A stretch of DNA of 64,000 nucleotides from an uncultured virus (IMG/VR IMGVR_UViG_3300035681_000004) (taxonomy: Duplodnaviria; Heunggongvirae; Uroviricota; Caudoviricetes), in the IMG/VR virus record IMGVR_UViG_3300035681_000004. The stretch is one strand, 5' to 3'. Made by a program: the position numbers and the translations under genes. The notes beneath the pieces are model-generated. The model was given only the letters and a program-made list of their open reading frames with translations. It had not been told where the DNA came from and ran no database searches. Of the stretch, positions 21,889 through 29,173 are shown piece after piece. The stretch's first letter is position 1, and the number at the start of each line of letters is the position of its first letter.

Positions 21889-22437
21889 TTATTCTTTATT
21901 TATGTTTTTTATCCAGTGCTTATTCAAAAATCCCAAGACATAATTTTCACCAGGACACTCTTTACAGAGTTTATTTTCTACACCATTATTCCACCATTTT
22001 TTTCCATAGGAGGGATTATTTTTCCCCATTGAAGACTTCCTAATTTTTTCTTTTGTTTCATTACTTGCCTTTCTTTTCTTCGCAGATTCACTTAATTTTC
22101 TTCTATGTTCTTTCGTGAATTCTCTTCCCTTATGCCTATCACTTAACTTCTTTTTAGTTTCATCACTTAAACGGCGTCCAGAACATCCTTCTCCACCATT
22201 GGTCACATTTCTTAAAATGCCAGTACCTAAATCTTTTCTACCAAGCACAGCAATCATATAAACCTCGTGCTTACGTGCTTCTTCATCTGTAAGGTTTTGC
22301 TTTAAGAATATTCTTCTTCCTTCTTCTGGAGGTAGGTGAATTGCGTGGAGTTTATTATTGATCCTTCCTGCCTTTCCCTTACCAATATAATAAGGTGTGC
22401 CATCTTCACGCAAATAAGCGTAAGTGTAGTATTCCAT
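21889..22437 (-). CDS. Free-standing GIY-YIG homing endonuclease with NUMOD3-type repeats
   Basis: YYTYAYLREDGTPYYIGKG..R; E in helix; LRNVTNGGEG; SDETKKKLS / TKEHRRKLS repeats. Confidence 0.85.
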   Translation of the reverse strand: MEYYTYAYLREDGTPYYIGKGKAGRINNKLHAIHLPPEEGRRIFLKQNLTDEEARKHEVYMIAVLGRKDLGTGILRNVTNGGEGCSGRRLSDETKKKLSDRHKGREFTKEHRRKLSESAKKRKASNETKEKIRKSSMGKNNPSYGKKWWNNGVENKLCKECPGENYVLGFLNKHWIKNINKE

Positions 22438-22469
22438 CTGCTTTAATCGTGGTTACAATTATTTATACA

Positions 22470-22521
22470 AGAAAAGGGTCGTAAGACCCCTTCCAGCTTA
22501 AACAACCACGATTAAGCATCA
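22470..22521 (-). ncRNA. Putative ~52-nt two-hairpin regulatory RNA complementary to the endonuclease 5' UTR
   Basis: GATAAATA at 22523-22530; hairpin GCTTAA/TTAAGC; terminator GGGTC-TTAC-GACCC+TTTT; second TATAAATA at 22460-22467. Confidence 0.5.
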
Positions 22522-22525
22522 CTAT

Positions 22526-22828
22526 TTATCCCATTAAATCTTCCTCATCATATTCAATAATATCATCAGGCATATCTTCTGGATTCTCCAAATCTACTGG
22601 AAAAAAGCACGGATGCACTAGTTCATCTATAAGATAAAACGAGTTTTTATATAAGTCTTCTGGTTCGAAAGATCTTTCTTTGTCTGCTGCTCTACAAAGA
22701 TCTTGGTCATATAAATGCCCTTCTGGAAGTTCGTCGAATGTGAATGGAACGTGATTAATAAAGTACATCTTCACGATCATACTGCCATTATTGTACCAGC
22801 AGTATGCGTGATCGATACGATAAGACAT
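22526..22828 (-). CDS. Cyanophage-type hypothetical protein, 100 aa
   Basis: ORF track; acidic C-terminus; ATAAATA upstream. Confidence 0.75.
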   Translation of the reverse strand: MSYRIDHAYCWYNNGSMIVKMYFINHVPFTFDELPEGHLYDQDLCRAADKERSFEPEDLYKNSFYLIDELVHPCFFPVDLENPEDMPDDIIEYDEEDLMG

Positions 22829-22861
22829 AGGGGTGTGCCCGATATCTTATATTTATTTTTA

Positions 22862-23143
22862 TGCGAGTAGGGAGACTTGAACTCCCACGGGGTTGCCCCC
22901 AACAGATTTTCGTACCACTATAGTTTTCACTACCCTTTCGGTTTGTGGTCTGGACTATACCTTCACCATACCTTTCGGTTTAGGTGTTCCCCGTCTAGTC
23001 TCTACACCTTCATCTTATGATGCTTGGCTCGGTATTGCCATTTTACAGGTTTCACCGAATTTGAGGAATTACACTCATAAGGTTTCCCAAATGAGGCTCA
23101 ATTTTCATAAGTCTGGTGTGTCTACCGATTCCACCATACTCGC
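22862..23143 (-). tRNA. trnL: tRNA-Leu(UAA), split: exon 1 23143-23109, exon 2 22910-22862
   Basis: Acceptor GCGAGTA/TACTCGC-A, D arm TGGTGGAATCGGTAGACAC, anticodon stem CAGA/TCTG, loop CTT|AAAA, long variable arm GGGGCAACCCC, T arm GGGAGTTCAAGTCTCCC. Confidence 0.93.
22911..23108 (-). ncRNA. Group I intron (trnL/IC3 type), 198 nt, no ORF
   Basis: Inserted after U34; IGS GAGCCT; P AATTCGGTGAA, Q AATACCGAGC, R GTAGAGACTAGA, S AAGGTATAGTCC; terminal G. Confidence 0.92.
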
Positions 23144-23154
23144 TTGATAAGACC

Positions 23155-23183
23155 ATTATAACTCAGAGAGTTGTAGTGGTCAA
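23155..23183 (-). promoter_or_regulatory. Sigma70-type promoter for tRNA-Leu: TTGACC-N17-TATAAT
   Basis: Near-perfect consensus 11 nt upstream of the tRNA. Confidence 0.8.
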
Positions 23184-23186
23184 GAA

Positions 23187-23266
23187 TGCCGTGTGTTTGT
23201 GAGACTAAATCAAAACCGTTTGATAGACGCCCCACTGGATTCTATCATAAGTTTTGAACCACGGCA
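23187..23266 (-). ncRNA. Unidentified 80-nt nested stem-loop RNA
   Basis: Three nested 7-bp helices: TGCCGTG/CACGGCA, TCAAAAC/GTTTTGA, TGATAGA/TCTATCA. Confidence 0.5.
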
Positions 23267-23268
23267 AG

Positions 23269-23341
23269 TGCTCGTTACTGGGATCGAACCAGTCTATCAG
23301 GTCTTATGAGGACCGCGCTTTCGCCAGAGAGCTAAACGAGC
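23269..23341 (-). tRNA. tRNA with CAT anticodon (elongator Met or lysidine-type Ile2)
   Basis: Acceptor GCTCGTT/AACGAGC-A, loop CTCATAA, T loop GTTCGATC; G1-C72 pair so not an initiator. Confidence 0.88.
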
Positions 23342-23370
23342 ATTCGCTATTCGCAAATAAAGAATAGCAA

Positions 23371-23462
23371 TAGGGACACCTGGATTCGAACCAGGACCTC
23401 GCGGTAATCTGCCGCTAATACAAGGTATAAGCTTGCTGTTCTAACCGTTGAACTATGCCCCC
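23371..23462 (-). tRNA. tRNA-Ile(UAU) with unusually long variable region, 92 nt
   Basis: GGGGGCA/TGTCCCT-A acceptor, GCAAG-CTTATAC-CTTGT anticodon arm, GCGG/CCGC extra arm, CCTGGTTCGAATCCAGG. Confidence 0.85.
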
Positions 23463-23470
23463 CTTATAGG

Positions 23471-23641
23471 TTATGATGCTTCGTCGTGGTCAGTGTATAT
23501 TCGTAAGAGTTCTTCTTCTTCATACTTGACGAGCATTACACTGCCATTTTCATTCTCGATAAGGTAGGATTCACCTTGCTCTACCTTATCGAGATACTCA
23601 TCAAAGTTGTTTTCTAGGTCTTCAATCGTAAGTTTTTTCAT
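23471..23641 (-). CDS. Small Phd/YefM-antitoxin-like protein (MKKLTIEDLENNFDEYLDKVEQGESYLIE...)
   Basis: Phd-like pattern 'lt+.dl..nf.e.ld.v..Ge.++I'; ATG 23641 preferred over track start 23680. Confidence 0.55.
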   Translation of the reverse strand: MKKLTIEDLENNFDEYLDKVEQGESYLIENENGSVMLVKYEEEELLRIYTDHDEAS

Positions 23642-23825
23642 AGATTGCAAGATCGGCATATTCGATTTGATCTGGTTCAAGATTACTGGTTACAACTTCC
23701 AGTACGTTCATAAATTCTTCGGTCGTATCACACTGAACGTGCTTTTCATTACCTTGATCGCTAAGGAGTAGAAAGGACTTGGTGCAAACGTCAATGACGA
23801 TGCCCAGTACGCATTCAGTATTCAT
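23622..23825 (-). CDS. Hypothetical protein, 67 aa
   Basis: ORF track; downstream of a consensus sigma70 promoter. Confidence 0.7.
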   Translation of the reverse strand: MNTECVLGIVIDVCTKSFLLLSDQGNEKHVQCDTTEEFMNVLEVVTSNLEPDQIEYADLAIYEKTYD

Positions 23826-23851
23826 AATGTGGTTTGTTTGATTACCCCCAT

Positions 23852-23880
23852 ATTATAGGGCGCCTAGGGCGGGGTGTCAA
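23852..23880 (-). promoter_or_regulatory. Perfect sigma70 promoter TTGACA-N17-TATAAT
   Basis: Exact consensus upstream of small ORFs and tRNAs. Confidence 0.85.
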
Positions 23881-23886
23881 GGGGTC

Positions 23887-24570
23887 TTAAGAATAATTTT
23901 GGATTGCGGTAATTGCCAGGGATATTCTGGTATTTTCCTCACCTAAGATACGAATACCATAATTTTCACCATATCTTTGAATTTCATAATCAACTCTTTC
24001 ACCTCTGATCTTATTGGATGTTGAAACCAAATCAGTTAATTGTGTTCTAAGATTTGTAATCTCAGTTTGTTTGGATGTAATTGATGATGCAAATGCAACG
24101 CATATGCCACTATTACAACCAGAAAGAGGACTAAAACACGTATTTATTGTACCATAAAGAGATCCAATACCAGACTGAGTTGAATCATTTTGAGTATAAA
24201 TTAAGAGAGTTCCAATACCAGCATTAGAAACACTTAAAGTACTCACGGTAACATCATATGGACTATTTCCATCATAAGAAGGAGTACAAATATTATAACT
24301 ATAATTCTTAACACTATCTGGATAAACTGTTGTTACCCCTCCAGTCGTTCCGCAACCAACTGCAAAGGCGCTATTGGATAATGTTACGATTTCATTTTGA
24401 AGAGTTACGATACTGGCAGCAATTGCAACGATGCGACTATCAACATTTAATGAAATCCCAGAAAAAAGTCCAACGTTTTTTTGAGTTTCTGGTTGTCTTC
24501 CTTTTATCGTTTCAATTGCATCAGCATTTCCACTTCTCTTATTAGAAAGAAGATCAGTTAATTCACTCAT
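23887..24570 (-). CDS. Hypothetical (baseplate-region) protein, 227 aa
   Basis: ORF track; coiled-coil-like ends; coupled to upstream gene. Confidence 0.65.
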   Translation of the reverse strand: MSELTDLLSNKRSGNADAIETIKGRQPETQKNVGLFSGISLNVDSRIVAIAASIVTLQNEIVTLSNSAFAVGCGTTGGVTTVYPDSVKNYSYNICTPSYDGNSPYDVTVSTLSVSNAGIGTLLIYTQNDSTQSGIGSLYGTINTCFSPLSGCNSGICVAFASSITSKQTEITNLRTQLTDLVSTSNKIRGERVDYEIQRYGENYGIRILGEENTRISLAITAIQNYS

Positions 24571-25225
24571 TTATTTTCTCCAATTTTTCTTTCAGTTCAT
24601 CAATTTGTTTTTGCTGTTCTTTGATCGCTTCAATTAAAAGTCCAACAAGATTTCCATAATGAACTCCTTTATATCCATCTGGAATATCAGCAACAACTTC
24701 TGGAATAACTTGTTCAACTTCTTGTGCGATTACACCAATTTGTTTCTTTTGGTCTTTGATAAGATCATAAGATACTCCACGAAGAGCACAGACTTTTGCA
24801 ATTGGATCTGTAATTGTATGTATATTTTCTTTTAAACGTTCGTCTGAAGGAGTTGGAAGAGTTTTTGCAAGTTGTATCTCTGCAGCAACATCAGCAACAC
24901 CAGCAATTGTGAGTTTTCCATTTACAATTAGGTTTTTGTTTATCGTAACCAAATTATTGAAAAGTGATGTTCCCGTAATTGAAAGACTTTTTGTGCCAAA
25001 GATTGATCCAGATACAAAAAGATTTGGTGTAGTTGGATTTTTTGCTATTGGATTTTTAATAATAAAAACATCCCCACATATTGTTGCTTTACCTAATGTG
25101 AAAGATTCTCCAAATGTAGCAGTACTGCCACAGATTGTGAGGTCTTGATTGAATGTGGAATTATCGTGATAATATTTCTGCTGACCAATTTTTGGTTCTA
25201 GAAAATTAAAAAGATTAACTGCCAT
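24563..25225 (-). CDS. Tail-spike-like protein with C-terminal peptidase S74 intramolecular chaperone domain
   Basis: SDERLKENI..LRGVSY..IGVIAQEVEQVIPEVV..VHYGNLVGLLIEAIKEQQKQI. Confidence 0.85.
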   Translation of the reverse strand: MAVNLFNFLEPKIGQQKYYHDNSTFNQDLTICGSTATFGESFTLGKATICGDVFIIKNPIAKNPTTPNLFVSGSIFGTKSLSITGTSLFNNLVTINKNLIVNGKLTIAGVADVAAEIQLAKTLPTPSDERLKENIHTITDPIAKVCALRGVSYDLIKDQKKQIGVIAQEVEQVIPEVVADIPDGYKGVHYGNLVGLLIEAIKEQQKQIDELKEKLEKINE

Positions 25226-25770
25226 TATGCGATACCTATGTTAACATCAGTTCCACCAACAAAGACATCAGTAATATACTCTGCACCAACAGGAGACTTG
25301 GCGAAACAACGAGCACCAAAGGTATTTGTAATGGCATTTCCTGTCAGACCAACCTGATCAATCTTGTTTGCCTTCATCAGTATTCTTCCAGATCCACACG
25401 ATGCTGTAATGTTTCTTCCTGCCTTTAGATCCAAATCTTCGACAGCTTCAATCATTACACTTTTGCCTTTAATACGAATCGCGCCATTACCACAGGCAGT
25501 GATTGTTACATCACCATTTCTTCCAGCAATTACAATGTCTACACTTTTTCCAGAGGACTTATTTCCAGCAATGATTTCAATTGTTCGATCATTTAGAATT
25601 CTAAAAGCACCAGACTCGCTGAATGACATTAAATTAACGTCATTGTTATCATTGTAAGAATACAATGAATATACAGACTTTCCATCAGCACCAACTTCAA
25701 TATCATTTGTTGTGATTCTGAATTTTGGTCCTAGACTAAAAATATCTCTAGCTTCGTAATTAACTGCCAT
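25225..25770 (-). CDS. Baseplate spike-associated protein (gp5 C-terminal beta-repeat-like)
   Basis: Short beta-strand repeats; directly downstream of gp5. Confidence 0.55.
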   Translation of the reverse strand: MAVNYEARDIFSLGPKFRITTNDIEVGADGKSVYSLYSYNDNNDVNLMSFSESGAFRILNDRTIEIIAGNKSSGKSVDIVIAGRNGDVTITACGNGAIRIKGKSVMIEAVEDLDLKAGRNITASCGSGRILMKANKIDQVGLTGNAITNTFGARCFAKSPVGAEYITDVFVGGTDVNIGIA

Positions 25771-25771
25771 A

Positions 25772-27823
25772 TTATGTGATACAATCTATTTGTTTTTGAA
25801 GTTTTTTATTTGGAATGCTTGAGGAGAGACCAATAATTGGTTTCAGAATTGCACCGACACCAGTTTTAGAATTGATTTGAATTGTAACTTCTTCTGTCAC
25901 TTCAATTTTATTTATTGGTGTGGCAGAAATCACAGCACCGTTATCAATCGTCAGAGAATAAGTATTTCCTAAATTATCCGTTGCAGTATCTCCATTTGAA
26001 TAATCATATCCAGGAGAATCTACATAAACATCTGTTACTGCATAAGAATCTGTATCACCAACAGGATAGTTTTCTCCAGATGAAACCATATAGATTGATG
26101 TAACTTGCCCCTGATCATTGATTAAAGCTCTTCCAACAGCGCCATAACCCAGCCCACAGTTATCAACAAACTCCACATATGGAGGATAAGTATAACCAGA
26201 ACCACCATCTGTAACAATTGTTCCAATGATACTCGCAGTTCTTTGAACATTATTAATCAATTCATTATTAATGATTGAACCAAAAACTGGAATTGCTGAA
26301 GCTCCTGTTCCGCCGCCACCAAAAATATTTACAACAGGTGAACCACAGGTGAATGGAATTCCTGCATAGCAACCCTCCAATCCACTTAGAGCATTTTGAA
26401 GTGCTATCTCTGGATTGAAAATATCTAAGGTTTGTGTGATATTTTCAAAACTACCAATATATCCCTGAACCTGTCCAGCAATATCACCAGCAGTTGCAAC
26501 CATTGTATTCATATTATTGTAGATATTTTCAAACGTGGAAGTTCCGTTGGTACTAGTTTTTGGTCCCTGCCCAATTACATATTCCTTTACAAGTCCCGAA
26601 CACTTATTTTGATTTTGGTTACAATCAAAAAGACCACCAATTGATTTAATCAAATCATTTGTGCTGCGAAGGAAATCAGCAACATCCAATGCAGTTCCTA
26701 AAAGACTTGCAACACCATCCAGGGCAGTTGAAAGTCCAGTTGCAATTGCATCAACCACAGCATTTAAAAGAGCGCCAACAAATTGTTCTGCAGCACAGGA
26801 TACAAAGTTTTTAACATTATCAATTAATGCTTGAAGTAAGGATTTAACAAGTGCTTTTAATCCATTAATGACTTGTGCAGCAACGCAAGAGATTGCCTGC
26901 TCTAAAACCTTAACTGGTTCTACAAATGCTTCATTGGATGCAACACCCGCCTGGTGTGCAGCACCAGGATTTCCAGTTGCTGCTAACGTTGCACCAAATA
27001 CACTTTTATATAAAGCATCCAATCCTTCAGGTATTAATCCTGGTTTTGGTGGTGTTGCAGTCTCATCTCCACATAATAAAACAAACAAACCATCAAACAT
27101 CTGACCAACTTGCCATTCAATACTCGCTACAATAATATCTACAACAGCATCTGCCTTTTGCTTATAGTCACTTACCTTATTTTTAGCATCTTGAATATCT
27201 TTTAGAAGATTATTGATTTCTGCTTTAATTGTTTTGATTGATGTGTCTTCGCAAGTGTCTGCAAATACAATTTCCTTTCCGATTCCCGTATATGCAGTAA
27301 CTTTATTTGCTGGAGTTTTTTCTGGTGGTAATTGGACAGGAGTTGGTTGTGATTTAACGTTTGATTCGTTTGTTTGGTCTGGTATTAATCTTCCATTTGG
27401 TTTTGGAATATTTGTTGTATACCCAGTGAATGGAACAAACGGAGATGTGAATTCATTATTCAGAGTTGCAACTTGAGATGTATTGGGCAAAGCTCCCATA
27501 ATAATTGGAACTTGAGCATTATCACCGTCTAGAAAAAATCCAATGACAACATCACCTGGACTTATTTTTGGATTAACTGCATAATTTGCTGCGCCAGTTC
27601 CTGCAGTTGTAGGCAGCATAACTTGCGCCCAGGGCAAATCATTATTTGGAAGTTCTGCTTCACCTGGATGATAACCAATAATTCTAACTTTATATCTGTG
27701 AGCCCAACCCTGTCCTTCAGAAACTTGTCCCTTCATAGTGGACATTGGGGCAACCTGCCCTATCCACCAACGGAATCCATCTCTTCCTATGAAATTACTT
27801 TGAAGCAGTGACTGATCTAACAT
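25772..27823 (-). CDS. gp5: Baseplate hub/spike protein, T4 gp5-like (OB-fold N-terminus)
   Basis: FIGRDGFRWWIGQV..RYKVRIIGYH..LPWA..GDVVIGFFLDGDNAQVPIIMG. Confidence 0.85.
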   Translation of the reverse strand: MLDQSLLQSNFIGRDGFRWWIGQVAPMSTMKGQVSEGQGWAHRYKVRIIGYHPGEAELPNNDLPWAQVMLPTTAGTGAANYAVNPKISPGDVVIGFFLDGDNAQVPIIMGALPNTSQVATLNNEFTSPFVPFTGYTTNIPKPNGRLIPDQTNESNVKSQPTPVQLPPEKTPANKVTAYTGIGKEIVFADTCEDTSIKTIKAEINNLLKDIQDAKNKVSDYKQKADAVVDIIVASIEWQVGQMFDGLFVLLCGDETATPPKPGLIPEGLDALYKSVFGATLAATGNPGAAHQAGVASNEAFVEPVKVLEQAISCVAAQVINGLKALVKSLLQALIDNVKNFVSCAAEQFVGALLNAVVDAIATGLSTALDGVASLLGTALDVADFLRSTNDLIKSIGGLFDCNQNQNKCSGLVKEYVIGQGPKTSTNGTSTFENIYNNMNTMVATAGDIAGQVQGYIGSFENITQTLDIFNPEIALQNALSGLEGCYAGIPFTCGSPVVNIFGGGGTGASAIPVFGSIINNELINNVQRTASIIGTIVTDGGSGYTYPPYVEFVDNCGLGYGAVGRALINDQGQVTSIYMVSSGENYPVGDTDSYAVTDVYVDSPGYDYSNGDTATDNLGNTYSLTIDNGAVISATPINKIEVTEEVTIQINSKTGVGAILKPIIGLSSSIPNKKLQKQIDCIT

Positions 27824-29173
27824 CTATTTTCTAATTCCAAATGTATCTCTAATCAATTTAAGTGATGTATATGAATTTCTAGTGTCAAAATGGTGACACA
27901 CCTCTTTAATCATATATAGACCGCTTTTTTGATCGTAATCATACTCTCTTGCGTCTCCTCTCATAATTTTAGGGAATAGACATTCAATAACATCTCCAGC
28001 CCTTAAATTGGTGTTTGAAGGAATCATAACACTTAAAGTTTGAGTGAATAAAGTATTATACCTCATTAAGATTTGAGATTGATATTCTGCTTGATCAGAG
28101 TTAAGTTTGGTTGAAACTTCTGGATCTAGTGTTCCAATATCATAAATTGCTGTAATAATTCTTGAAGGAATATCTGCCAAAGTTTGATTCGATCCTTCTG
28201 CGACTAATGGGAGACTTACGTTTTCTTCCTTACCCAATCTTTTAGTTTTTCCTTGATAACTGTTTGGAGTATAAACTGGCGTTGATATTGTATGGCGCAA
28301 AGGATCAAAAAACGTCCGATTGCTTGCATATGTTCCTAGTCTTAATTTTTCAATCAAGTTTTGATTTTTTTCTGTTCTATAATTTAAAATTTTAAAGTCA
28401 TTATTATTACTTGGTTTATTTCCATCAACATCATAAGATTCTGTCGCTTCACTATAAATGTAAGTTGCTTTTGATTTATTTTTTTCTTTATCACTTAAAT
28501 TGTCAATGGCACGAAACTGAAAACCATCTTTAGTTTGATAGAAAAAGAATCCTGCAGTAGCATTACCACTTCCAGAATCATAAGGAACAGATTTTGATGC
28601 CAACCAAGTTAAAACCGTGAAAGGTTTTCTCAGATTTCCAATGAATCCATATCGATTTGAAGTTTGATCAATAGTTCCAATCTTATTTGCTTTTAATACA
28701 TCATTTAGAATTAAATTAACAGACTGATCAATTGATGATGTTGCAGGATATTTTTTCACCACACGACTAGTCTCATTTGTAATTGCTTCTCTTGAAACTA
28801 GATTTAATGTGAAACTTTCCTTATTATTCTCAGAAATAACATCGGTAATACTTGAAACATACAAGTGTGTTTTGGGATCTGTAGAAAAATCTAATCCTGG
28901 ATTTCCATTTCGATTTCCAGCAATTTTAATCGAAACTCTTTCTCCACCTCTTAAAGGAAGTCCATCATAAAGTGATTGTTTTTGCCCATCTTTGCTATCT
29001 GGACCAACTATTGTATTACCGGCGTTAATGACTCTTATTTTTGCAGTAATTGTAGGAGAAAATACGTCTTCATAATAATCAATCATTACAGATCCAGAAG
29101 TAATATCTACTACTCTCTGCCTGTCTGCTGATTCAATTGTTATTACTTCAAATATTGACTGCTTGATTGACAT
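27824..29173 (-). CDS. Baseplate hub protein (gp27-like)
   Basis: IDYYEDVFSPTITA, FFFYQTKDGFQF, NLRAGDVI..SGLYMIKEVCHHF; adjacent to gp5. Confidence 0.65.
   Translation of the reverse strand: MSIKQSIFEVITIESADRQRVVDITSGSVMIDYYEDVFSPTITAKIRVINAGNTIVGPDSKDGQKQSLYDGLPLRGGERVSIKIAGNRNGNPGLDFSTDPKTHLYVSSITDVISENNKESFTLNLVSREAITNETSRVVKKYPATSSIDQSVNLILNDVLKANKIGTIDQTSNRYGFIGNLRKPFTVLTWLASKSVPYDSGSGNATAGFFFYQTKDGFQFRAIDNLSDKEKNKSKATYIYSEATESYDVDGNKPSNNNDFKILNYRTEKNQNLIEKLRLGTYASNRTFFDPLRHTISTPVYTPNSYQGKTKRLGKEENVSLPLVAEGSNQTLADIPSRIITAIYDIGTLDPEVSTKLNSDQAEYQSQILMRYNTLFTQTLSVMIPSNTNLRAGDVIECLFPKIMRGDAREYDYDQKSGLYMIKEVCHHFDTRNSYTSLKLIRDTFGIRK

Noticed and set aside
22893..23147. 84-aa plus-strand ORF
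   Set aside because: Antisense to tRNA-Leu and its intron
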